A stretch of DNA of 64,000 nucleotides, from contig OZ296648.1 of assembly GCA_965655095.1 (NCBI GenBank), positions 131,936,001-132,000,000 on the forward strand, written 5' to 3'. The notes beneath the pieces were generated by a model. That model worked only from the letters and a program-made list of their open reading frames with translations. It had not been told where the DNA came from and did not search any database. The first letter of the stretch is position 1. Every line of letters starts with the position of its first letter. Position numbers and translations under genes: made by a program. This document shows, one piece after another, positions 26,300 to 38,355 of this stretch. Source of the DNA: Haplodiscus bocki. Lineage: Eukaryota.

Positions 26300-27400
26300 G
26301 AAGAAAATCATTTTTTGTTTCTATCAAATCAAACGTTCTTTTTCTATCTGAGTTTATGGATTTTAGTGGAAATGCCCTATGGTCTGTGAAGACAAGATTC
26401 ACTGGAATAGAAAATAAGTATTCGATACTAATTGGTTGAGCTGTCATAGTTTGTTTCTGATTGCTAATATCAGACACAAAAAAATTGTAATCGCTCCTGT
26501 TTTTTGTTATATAGAAGAAAAGTTTTATTATTCTATCTTCGCTTCGTTTAAGAAAACATTTCTGTTTTGCATAATAAACTTCATTAGTCTATACATTTGG
26601 ATATTCAAGTTTTTTATTTATCAGGATAACGTTGAATCCTGATCTACAAAAAGCGGATGGTACTATCAAGCAATCAAAAATGGAACTATCTACGGTTTGG
26701 TAACCAAACTTATTATCACGCATGAATCCCACAGAAACCCAGAGAGAAAGTTTTTCCCTCTCTCTATTCCCAAATCAAAAGTCTAAGATCCATTTTTGTT
26801 CAAAAGTTTTCTAAAAACAGTACGTTCTACGTAAAACAATCTTGTTAGTTTTTCTATTAACCTTTGATATGCAACTAATTTTTTATCATCAGGTTTCGCT
26901 AAAAGTTGTTCAACATACCATGAAATCTGTCTAATAAAAAGTTTTGCGTCTGCGATATCTCCTTTTCTTAAAACGATATCAATGTTAACATTATTTTCTA
27001 AAGTAAGATTATATCATATAACATATGTATTCTTACTTTTGTCAGCAAATCCAAAAATAAATCTATCAAGCACATTCTGTAGGAAAAAAAATCGGTAGTT
27101 TTTGCTGATTCATTGTTCGTTTGTTGTCTTTCACCTTCATTACTATCAAAACCATCAAGTAGATCGGTGTTCCCACTTGTGATTGATAGAAGGTTATGCA
27201 ATAAAATTTTTTTATAAAATTTTCAACGTTTTCAGGATGTTTGTTAGAATTTCAGGTCAGCTTCGATTCATTATAAAGTGATACAGCACGAAAACTTACA
27301 AGACAGAAGTTACTAGACTTACTAGACAAAAATCACTCTCAGCAAATGGTTTATTGGCGAAACCTTATATTTCACTTCAAATGGAAAAAAAACTATACAA
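26300..27400 (-). pseudogene. Polinton major capsid protein (element 2)
   Basis: DLLDGFD..ERQQ, YVERTVF, TFDLG, DISNQK..AQPISIEY segments are colinear with the MCP of element 3. Confidence 0.65.
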
Positions 27401-27599
27401 CAAAGATAAAAAAGTATCCTCAAGTGGGATATGTGTCTTTGTTTATTTTTTTTTTGACTTTATTATATGTTTCTTTACTACTAGGAGATTGTTTAGAAGA
27501 GTTTGATTGTGAAGTTCTCTCGAATAACTTTTACCGTTTTTTAAACTGAACGTTGTTTTGATGCACATGAAAATTATTATTGCTCATAGTATTTTACAT

Positions 27600-28120
27600 G
27601 AAAGAGGCTGAATCGTTTCGTCGTTTTTTGTTGGGTTGTACTGATTTTACATATCAATACTTTTTCATTACTTTTTTAAAATCTATTCCAATATTTTCGA
27701 AACTTTTCCTATACCTGTTTTTAAGATTCTGAGAGTGTGTTTTTTGTTTTTACACTTTCCATTTTTTCGTCAAAAGTTCACGTGCTGCTCTGGTGAAAAA
27801 AGCAACTCCACAACCAACATCTGCTTCTACTGGTCCTACAAATATGCCAAAACTGGTTTTATTCAGTTTTAATGATGTACTTAATGATCCAAAAACATTA
27901 TATGAACCACATCTTTCAAAAACTTTCAGAAGGTTTTTGAATTTGTTTTCTTTCTGATTGAATTTATAAAATTCTTCTGCATAAAATCTTGAAAGTTAGT
28001 TTTTGGTGTTTACAGAATTTTTGGAGCTATCAACTCCTTTCAGTTTTTATTTGTAATTTTTTTCCCGATTTTGAGAATCAAAGGCGACATTTGAGTCCAG
28101 AATTTCGATAAATATAAACT
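27600..28120 (-). pseudogene. Polinton helical/hydrophobic protein, homolog of 61640-62181
   Basis: Basic helix followed by STSLKL..FGIFVGPV...GCGVAFF, same layout as SSITLSFAGIGLVAIPISTATACGL. Confidence 0.55.
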
Positions 28121-29299
28121 CTAGAACTTTAAGTTTCTGTTTTTTTTCTTTCTGTGTTTGGTGTCAATCAATTTTAATTATTCAACCGCTTTTCGTTTTT
28201 AAAAACATTCTTGAAATTTATTTCTCTTAGGTCTTACATACTCCAAATTTGATAAAAAGTTAAAACTACCGTGTGCATTTTTCTCTCCACAAGTTTGCAA
28301 AAAATAATCGTCTGTAAGTATCAAATCTGGTTCAGAAACTCAGTCTTTGTTGGGGAAGTCATCAAACAACTCTTTGTTAATTAATGTATGCATCAAACTT
28401 TGTTTCCTACTTTTTTTGGTACAAGACGTGGTATTTGTGTTACCTTCGTCCTTCATTCCATCACTTTTTCTGGTGGAAACATGTTGCTTTCTTAGTTAAT
28501 TTTAAAAAAGATTTGCTTTGTGAAAGGACAACTTCATCAGCAATTTTTTTATCTACCAATTTATCAAGAACTTCAATATTATCTTTTTCGACTTTATCTA
28601 TTTTCGTATGCGCTTATTTCTTATGAGTTTGTTGCTTTTCTCTCATCCCTTCCAATTAACTTGTTGGTAGTATTTCTTCAGTAGGAGTAAATTTGTGGAG
28701 AGTGATATTTAAAATTTATGATTTTCATAACCATTTTCTGTAGAGATATAAGAAACAACTTTTTTTCACCATCTATTCTTCCTAATTGTTTTTCTCTAAG
28801 CAACACAACCATTTTTCAACATTTTCACCTACTTTTCTTCCTAAAATATTTTTTCAGTTTTCTTTTCCATAATCTCAAATCCCAATGTATCATATCTTTT
28901 TTGAATAGATGGTAACATTGTTCCTATTTCTTCACAGCTTTTAGCTTGTACTGGTAATGATTGAGAGTCATTTCTTTTGAGACTTGTATTATTTCTTCTC
29001 CCATAATTTTGTCATTTGATGCAAGTGTTCTTTTGCTTTTTTGAAGAATTTAATTTTGGAAGAAAAATTTCATGGTTTTGGGTGGTTTTCAAGAACACTG
29101 AGTGTTCTTCAGGGTTCAAGGGTTATTTGGTGGCTTTTATGGACTCTATAGTCGACTTCGTCATCTCTTTCAGTTTTCGTGATGCCATCATCAAAACTTT
29201 TGAAGGATAAAAACCACTGTGCACCAAGTGAGGCAGTCTTTTGGCGAAAGTTGTTATCCACGCAATTCGATAATAATCGTCTTTTGCTACTATAAAAGA

Positions 29300-32200
29300 T
29301 AAATCATTTTGCCAACATCGTTCACATGCTCTGTTGTAATCGAGGTTAATTGCTTAACACAATTTCTCAAGTGAATTCGATGTACTGCTTGTGTTTCCTT
29401 AATTCGTGATAGTCTGACAAAGTAAATGATGTTAAGTAGTTTTTTTGTGCAATTGCCAACCCATTGAGTTTATTTAGAAAAACTAATGGCTTGCGTGTCA
29501 GTCTGAGGTCAATGGTGGGTGATGCGTTGACTTTGGAGTAATAATAGACTTCACATTTTGTTTCTTTTGCATGACGTTTTCTGCTGTTTTGATGCGACGT
29601 ATCTTTTTTTGTCGTTTTCTTTTTTCTGTGAGATTTGCCTGGTTGAATATTTTCGGGTCTGCTTTGTAGCGAACTTGTTGCGAGAAGAACGCCCATAAAA
29701 TACATCTTTGTTTTCACATTCTAATGATACCTCCTAGGTTTTATTATGATTCTTTGCCTCTAATGACTTGGACTTGCGAACGAAACACATAAAACTTGAC
29801 CAATTTCTACCGTTACGTCTTGTTCCTGATGTATGATGCCTAGCAATTCAACTTTGCTGGTGTCTGAATTATGTGTGAAGCCTCCGTCAACAGTAGGCAA
29901 AACGAAGTCTACTGCCTTCGATGTGTTAACCGCAGTATATTCAAAGGCAAGTTAAGCGTCGTCAGCTTTTTGGAATTTGGAATATTGTTTCATAAAAAAA
30001 GGGAAAGCTTCAGCTCTGGTGACTTAAATTAGGAAGAACACTTGGTAGTTTTTGGCAGACTCAAAGAAATTGGTAATTTGGTCCTGACTCTGTGGAGCTG
30101 CCCAAAGATCGAGTTTCTTGACAGCATTTGTATCCTTCCTCGGCAGTCGGTCTTCTCAGAGAATTTGACTTTCACGTTGAAGGATTCACACTTTGCTCAA
30201 TTACACGTGAGAGTGGCAAATCTTTTTCACTCAAAGGCCTTCAATTATTGGGCCAGATAGTTCTCAATGAGTTTGAGACAAAACTAGCGTTATCTTCTCC
30301 ATAAAACATGAAGGTACTACGAATCTTTGAGCTCAATTTGACTTTCTGACTATATTCATTGCACCTTGAAGCGTGAAATTTGCATTGCAAGGTCTCAATC
30401 TCATCTTTTCTGAGTCAAACAAGCGGTAGATTGCACGCAATACAAAACTAAAAATAGAGCTAAGCTGATGAAGCACTTTGATTTGTACAATCATGATAAC
30501 ATTTCGTTAATCCTAAGCAATGAGTGGGCGACTTTGACGGTGATATGATTAAATTTAGCAAAATCACAACTGAGGAACGTTTATCCACCCAACTTCTTTA
30601 CCTCCAGTAAAATACTTACGGAGGGAACGTACAAATGTGTTATCTTGTCGAAGGCCACAAGTTACGATATCCTTGGTTAGCCTTCTTTTCGTGGACGCCT
30701 ATCATCTTTCTTGCAAGGTCACCAAAAGGATCGGCGTTCGGAACGAGTTGTCTCCTATGTTTAAACGCGGTACGTCTACGTCGTTTTGCTCAAAGTCTCT
30801 TGAAAAAGTTTGATTACTCCTCCAGTATTTTGTTACACTTTTGCAAACTAGCCCCCAAGCATTTGCTAACGTTTGGAGATCTGGCGCTGGGATGAACTTC
30901 AGAAAACGTGAGATCGGAAGGTTTTCTTTTTTTGTTTCAGAGTAACCATAGCTCATAGATTATGACAAAAGATCCGTATGGAAAAAAACTAACTGGAAGA
31001 TCGTCAATCAAGATCGCAATGTACTTGTTTTCTCTTTCACGCTCTGAATTTCGTCTGTTATCCGAGTTTGAGTCTGCTTGTGTGGGATCTAAAACGCGAT
31101 ATCTTCAAAGAGGTAATCAATGTCTTAGACACTCGTTTCGTTTGTGTTTTTCGTCCCTAAATGGAAGAACAATTTGTCTAGTTGTAATTTGCTCACACTT
31201 TTAGTTAAGACGTAGTATGGCTGAACAGTGAGATCACCTTTGAAAAACAATGCAGGTTTGTCCACATACGACCACTCTGGTTGAGTGCTTTTCTCAATTC
31301 CACAGATTTGGGTTTTCAAGGTTCAAGTGCATATTGAGGCCCCACTGTTAGAAGAAATAGTGAGCACTCTCTTGTGAAGCGTATGTAACTTGGTTGTTAG
31401 GTTGTCCTGATTGGATTCCCTGACGACCAAATCTTTTGGCTTCAAGTCCAACAGGACCTTATATTGTCTCAAGGGTGGTCTTCTAAGAAAAAAGTCCTCC
31501 AAAGGGCAATCGTCCAAGTTAACAAAAGCTGCTTGGTTCATAGACTGCGCTACCATAAATCGAAACACCCTATCCCAAAGGTAAGAATGTCTTCCGTTTT
31601 TGTTTCTGCAGAAATTGAATTTGTGGTATAGATTGTTCCAAGGGGAACGTGAGGCTAGTTTTCGTTGAGCAGATTTTGTCATCCCTACTGGCCCAGCTTG
31701 ATTTTGAGTAAACTACATGAAGTGACTGGTTGCATGCCTGTTGGGAAACATAAACCAATCCTTGCGTTGTGATGAATAAGGTCCACACAAGAGCACACGT
31801 ATGCGGAGCCGAGGTTTCAGCGACAAAGTTACTCCATTTTTCAAGAAATGTCTCCAGTGTGGTTGCGTTGTTTGACTTCTATGGCATCTATGTTCAGCTC
31901 TGTACCTTCAGTAAACAGCATCGCTCGAACTGGTCTTGCCACTTCCACAGATCTTTGCCTCTGCTTCAGTTAAGTCTGCTAAGGAGGCAAAAATATTCTT
32001 CCCTAGAGTACCTGGCGCGTGAGTTGGGGTTTGAATCGAAGTTCTTGGTACTGGAACAATTCCAGGTACACAAACATTGAACGGGAACCTTGTGTTGAAA
32101 CAGGAATTTTTCTGAATAATTTGTTGATGTTCCGGCATGAAACTTGACCAGTTTGGTATTGTTGATGTTGGTGCCAAGGTCTGATAACTCTCCCGTAATC

Positions 32201-32300
32201 TTTAAAATAGTCGGTGTAAACAGGGTCCGAATTGCCAGTTTTGCCACCGGGGGTGCAGATAAAATCTATAGATGAAGGTTTGAGCCTTTCCATGCTTAGG
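29300..32300 (-). mobile_element. Decayed BEL/Pao-like LTR retrotransposon: integrase remnant (~31350-32250) followed by a candidate env
   Basis: W..F...SAPH...VW resembles BEL W.F....APH.GG.WE, and LKPKDLVV resembles the BEL C-terminal L..GDLVL. Very degenerate. Confidence 0.45.
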
Positions 32301-33074
32301 TCTTAGACTCAATCAGAATTAGTCAGGTTATTGACAGGATGTGGGGGACTGCCTCACTGACGCAGCTGCTTGCAGTCTCTTTCAAAAAACTCATCTTAAA
32401 TGCAGCTTGATTTCCCGCATTTGTTTCTCCATTTTCTGTAGTCACTCTCATTTTTCTGGTACTTGAGAAGAAAGTTTGACTGACATCATTGGGAATGTTT
32501 GAATTTCCGCTACCGCAACTTCCTCTTGGGTTCGAGCTCCTCTGTCTGTTGCTATGGCGTACGTTGGAGTCGTAACTGAAAAACCGAGGTTCCCAAATTA
32601 CAAATTCGGATGAAAACCTTTCATGGCGTACAGACTTTTTTGTTTCTTGGCTACTACTACAAGTTATTATGGTAGCTTACGCCTGGTAGCCACTAGAGTC
32701 TGCGCTTTGCTCTTCTTGTTGTCATGGAGGGACTTGTTACCCTGTAGAATTTAGTACTTTCTATCTTTCAAGTTTCTGAAGCTGATGCATTTGCTCAAAA
32801 AAATCGAATTGTCTTGCACGTGGTGGATGCGTCCAGGATTTGGTAGCCACCCTCGCTCCGTAACTTGGGCTTGTTTGGTGTAATCCAACAATTGAGGTAT
32901 CAAAATGACGGCGTTGTTAAATCATCTCTTGTTGATGATTGTCTTGTTCCCCTCTCACTTCATCGCCTTTTTGGAGAGATTTCGTAAGCATTGGTAGCGT
33001 CAGGTGAAATTCTTCAAGCGGTACTTCAATTTGGAGTGATTATGGTGTCACTCCGTATTCAGTACAGCACCGAG

Positions 33075-34150
33075 CTATAGCTGAGCCGATGGATTGTTTG
33101 CGACATCACCAGAATAGTAGAGAAGAAACACGTGCCGAACAATTATTCACTCTTGGAGTCTTTCACAATGTATTAAGTCACGTTGCTAATTTAGCTCAAT
33201 TATTAAGGTGCACTACTTTACCTGGCATTTGTACCAGTCAATCGAAATAATTCCTCAATGGGGTAAATTTGTACTAAAACTTCCATAAATTAATTTGAAA
33301 GAGCACCTTCTTAATGGAAAAGCTCTGTAATTTTCGTTTGCCCCGCAGTGGTTCCGTTTTTTTCCGGGTTACTTCACTTATGTAATCCGTTTATAATTTA
33401 TAATACGGATCAGTGTACAAGAATGATAGTTGAGAATGAACATGAAAGTTTGCTGAACCAACTATTAGAGTCTGAGTGTACTTTGAGTCGTGAGGTGTCT
33501 TTTGTATTGGTAGGTTTTGACCGCATGCTTTTGAGGTATTCTGCGACAGTCCGCTTCTTTCTGGAAAAGTCACTGCTACGCAGTTTTTCCTTCTGTCGTC
33601 CCGGTGGTGACGGCATAGCGGACGTGCTTGATGCAAGAGAAGTTTGTCGAGGTTCGTCTGAAGAGAATGTCCCCACATCTGAAGATGTCTCCCGAGATTT
33701 CATTGAACTCACCGTTATTGATGGTGTTGATATGTCGGAAACATCAAAGAGTTCCACATGTTTTGGGTTGTCATCCTTTGCGGGAGAGTTTGATTGTGCC
33801 TCGACGATGGTTGCCGGAGGTAAGTGAGTAATCACGTAGGAAAAGTTCATAGTCAGATTCGAAAGAATGAGGCCAAGGGGATTATTCGGTTGCTGTCTCG
33901 CGTAACCCTAAAGCATTGCAGATTATTTTGAATCTCACTCAATTGTCACAATCTGTGTTTCCGAAGGTGCTGCGAAAGAGATCATGATTAGGCCGCGTTC
34001 GAACGCTACCGACAATTCAGTGGAATTGAGGACTTCTGGAGTATTGTTTCTTGTTTGCATGTGTTCTTTTGATGACCGCTCTACATAGGGGACACTTAAG
34101 TCTGCGCAAAAGTAATCAAAAGAATTGACTCGAGACATTGCTATGAAGAC
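33075..34150 (-). repeat. LTR-retroelement 3' region and LTR-like segment, diverged copy A
   Basis: 33075-33550 aligns by eye with 48520-48985 (GCGAC.TCACCAGA.TAGTAG, AATGGAAAAGCTCTGT, GGATCAGTGTACA.GAATGATAG.TGAGA, CATGAAAGTTTGCTGAA). Confidence 0.7.
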
Positions 34151-34191
34151 TAAATTTCTGCTTTAGTTACCGAAATTGATAAATAGACTTT

Positions 34192-37100
34192 AAAAAATGA
34201 TGATTTGAACAAAAGGATAGTCGGAAAACTGCAGGAAGCGAGAAATGCTTTGATGTTCCCGCAGTAGTATTGGAAACGATAAGGTCGATTATTTGATGCA
34301 AAAAATGAAGTTTCGTTCCTCATTGCGTTCTTGAAATATCATGCCGTTGTCAGTGCTGGCAGACAAATCAATCAGAATTAAAATAATCAAAATTATTGAA
34401 AAACATATGTGAATCCACATGTATTTTTGTGGCAACCTGATAACCAGGTGCCTCAAATTTGAACGAAAATTGCCTTTTATTAGAGAAGAGTGTTGTGGTT
34501 GTGGAGGGTGTCCGCTCATCTGAAGGTAAGTCCGTCATTCATGCTGCTGGAGCTGGCGAGCTAGAGATTACCCCTAGTACCTCTGATGTCCCCGATGAGA
34601 AGTTGGCGAGAATTGCGGAAAAGGCACCATAGGTGAATCCGGAGTCAGGCCGGAAAGACAGTTTGCACTACATTGAATTTGGTTGGTTGTGCGGTTTTAT
34701 GTCCCTTGTGGAGACGTGAATCAGGGCAGGGTTGATCTTCCCATGCTTTAAGAGGGTGCTGCTGTCAATGTTGCTGACGTGGAACAATTTGTGGACATGG
34801 TTGGGACCAGTAACCCAGTGGATTGTGGTGTGGTTTCTGAGGGGCCACCTCCAGAGAGTCTTTGAGCCATTTTTTCCTGCCAGATTCAGGCAGTTTTGCT
34901 GACACTTCTTGCCTACCATTGTGTAAGTGTAGTTTTATTTCATCTTCAAGCTACTTCAGCTTCTTTTGTATAGACGTATAGAATCACATTTTGGCCATTA
35001 TGTAATTCTTTTTCAAATTGTTTCAATCCCTGCGCACTTTATCAAGAAGATTGCATCTTGAGGTAAAATTTTCCAGGAAAGGCCCCCTCTTGGATTTCTT
35101 GAGAGTTGGTTTTGATCAATTACAATTCAGTTTCTCGGTTCGCTTGTAGTCTTATTTTTCCAACGTCTTCTGTATATATGCTCATGAGGTCATCTTGATG
35201 AGATCCGGCCATGAGGAAATTTCAACTGGCATTGAGAGCGAGAGCCAGGTTCGGAGGAAGATGACGATTGGTAGGAGATGCTTGGTTCATTTTTCCGAAG
35301 GCCGTAATTGCCAAGACCCCCCTGCTCAAATGCCCATCGGACCTTAACTTTGCTGGAGCAGGCTTTTGATTAGGGTAATGCTTTGACTTATTTGTAGGAG
35401 TTTCCAAAATGGTTTCTCATTTGTTTCTCATTGCACTTTTTTTCTTGTTTTACACCAATTCAATGCAGATCCTTCCTCTACGAGCAGTAATGCCACTGGT
35501 CAGCAGCTTTTGTCATTTTTCAGCTCAATCTGTGAAGAGAAGAAGTCATATTTACTGGATCCTGTGATGAGCATTTAGTATCTTTCCGTATCAACTTGTA
35601 CCTCCTGGAGACATCGTACATCCTGGTTTGAGATGTACGATGTCTTTCTTTTTTTAACAGAGTTGAATCAAATTCTAGATAGGCTGGGTCAGCGGGTTGC
35701 CGACAGTGCCAACAGTGCCGATACAACCACAGACAAAACGAGCGATGAATCAATTGTTAGCCCTCAGCGACGCAATGTTTTGAGCAAAAAGACTTTCTAT
35801 TTGAAGAAGTCGTATGTTGCTGATGAACTGGGACACTTCTCTGTTACCAAAGCAACGGATGGTGCTGGCTAACCGAGAGATTATTTGAACCGCAATTGTC
35901 GCAAAAATGGTTCGGTGCTGACAAATCGGCCGTATGAGATCCTTCGGTACTTCAATCGTGCTCGTCATTTCCCAAGGGGCCAGCGCTTGCGGTTGCAAAT
36001 CCCCTGGTTAGCGGGTTCTAGACATCGATGGCAACCCAATTCCTTATGACCAAGTAAAATGACCGAAGAAGGTTTTGCTGGCGTGACATGTCAAAGTTTA
36101 CCATCAACGTGTGTTCACTGAGTATTTGCTGGTTGACGAGAGTAATGCGACCGATCTGAATTTGCAGGAGATCACGAGGGTGTTCTTTTTCATGCAAGTT
36201 CTTCAACTCAGTGGCAGTTATGAGGTTGTGGAGAGGCTCTGGTTCCAATTCATGCTAACTGCTAGCCGAACTGAAAAAATGATGATTTGAACAAAAGGAT
36301 AGTCGGAAAACTGCAGGAAGCGAGAAATGCTTTGATGTTCCCGCAGTAGTATTGGAAACGATAAGGTCGATTATTTGATGCAAAAAATGAAGTTTCGTTC
36401 CTCATTGCGTTCTTGAAATATCATGCCGTTGTCAGTGCTGGCAGACAAATCAATCAGAATTAAAATAATCAAAATTATTGAAAAACATATGTGAATCCAC
36501 ATGTATTTTTGTGGCAACCTGATAACCAGGTGCCTCAAATTTGAACGAAAATTGCCTTTTATTAGAGAAGAGTGTTGTGGTTGTGGAGGGTGTCCGCTCA
36601 TCTGAAGGTAAGTCCGTCATTCATGCTGCTGGAGCTGGCGAGCTAGAGATTACCCCTAGTACCTCTGATGTCCCCGATGAGAAGTTGGCGAGAATTGCGG
36701 AAAAGGCACCATAGGTGAATCCGGAGTCAGGCCGGAAAGACAGTTTGCACTACATTGAATTTGGTTGGTTGTGCGGTTTTATGTCCCTTGTGGAGACGTG
36801 AATCAGGGCAGGGTTGATCTTCCCATGCTTTAAGAGGGTGCTGCTGTCAATGTTGCTGACGTGGAACAATTTGTGGACATGGTTGGGACCAGTAACCCAG
36901 TGGATTGTGGTGTGGTTTCTGAGGGGCCACCTCCAGAGAGTCTTTGAGCCATTTTTTCCTGCCAGATTCAGGCAGTTTTGCTGACACTTCTTGCCTACCA
37001 TTGTGTAAGTGTAGTTTTATTTCATCTTCAAGCTACTTCAGCTTCTTTTGTATAGACGTATAGAATCACATTTTGGCCATTATGTAATTCTTTTTCAAAT

Positions 37101-38355
37101 TGTTTCAATCCCTGCGCACTTTATCAAGAAGATTGCATCTTGAGGTAAAATTTTCCAGGAAAGGCCCCCTCTTGGATTTCTTGAGAGTTGGTTTTGATCA
37201 ATTACAATTCAGTTTCTCGGTTCGCTTGTAGTCTTATTTTTCCAACGTCTTCTGTATATATGCTCATGAGGTCATCTTGATGAGATCCGGCCATGAGGAA
37301 ATTTCAACTGGCATTGAGAGCGAGAGCCAGGTTCGGAGGAAGATGACGATTGGTAGGAGATGCTTGGTTCATTTTTCCGAAGGCCGTAATTGCCAAGACC
37401 CCCCTGCTCAAATGCCCATCGGACCTTAACTTTGCTGGAGCAGGCTTTTGATTAGGGTAATGCTTTGACTTATTTGTAGGAGTTTCCAAAATGGTTTCTC
37501 ATTTGTTTCTCATTGCACTTTTTTTCTTGTTTTACACCAATTCAATGCAGATCCTTCCTCTACGAGCAGTAATGCCACTGGTCAGCAGCTTTTGTCATTT
37601 TGCAGCTCAATCTGTGAAGAGAAGAAGTCATATTTACTGGATCCTGTGATGAGCATTTAGTATCTTTCCGTATCAACTTGTACCTCCTGGAGACATCGTA
37701 CATCCTGGTTTGAGATGTACGATGTCTTTCTTTTTTTAACAGAGTTGAATAAAATTCTAGATAGGCTGGGTCAGCGGGTTGCCGACAGTGCCAACAGTGC
37801 CGATACAACCACAGACAAAACGAGCGATGAATCAATTGTTAGCCCTCAGCGACGCAATGTTTTGAGCAAAAAGACTTTCTATTTGAAGAAGTCGTATGTT
37901 GCTGATGAACTGGGACACTTCTCTGTTACCAAAGCAACGGATGGTGCTGGCTAACCGAGAGATTATTTTAACCGCAATTGTCGCAAAAATGGTTCGGTGC
38001 TGACAAATCGGCCGTATGAGATCCTTCGGTACTTCAATCGTGCTCGTCATTTCCCAAGGGGCCAGCGCTTGCGGTTGCAAATCCCCTGGTTAGCGGGTTC
38101 TAGACATCGATGGCAACCCAATTCCTTATGACCAAGTAAAATGACCGAAGAAGGTTTTGCTGGCGTGACATGTCAAAGTTTACCATCAACGTGTGTTCAC
38201 TGAGTATTTGCTGGTTGACGAGAGTAATGCGACCGATCTGAATTTGCAGGAGATCACGAGGGTGTTCTTTTTCATGCAAGTTCTTCAACTCAGTGGCAGT
38301 TATGAGGTTGTGGAGAGGCTCTGGTTCCAATTCATGCTAACTGCTAGCCGAACTG
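34192..38355. repeat. Near-perfect 2082-bp tandem duplication (34192-36273 and 36274-38355)
   Basis: The ORF set repeats at an offset of exactly 2082. Only three substitutions spotted; AAA microhomology at the junction. Confidence 0.97.

Larger units (their letters stand above)
19236..29200. mobile_element. Polinton/Maverick element 2 (heavily degenerate; both ends approximate)
   Basis: pPolB, rve integrase, packaging ATPase and MCP remnants. Possible terminus CGTAGTGTAC at 19236 resembles AGTAGTGTAC at 51523. Confidence 0.85.

Noticed and set aside
28120-29200. Lys/Glu-rich decayed minus-strand frame in Polinton 2
   Set aside because: No diagnostic motif; left unnamed.
33348-33850. Overlapping 146-159 aa ORFs on both strands
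   Set aside because: Low-complexity tail of a decayed retroelement rather than a host gene.
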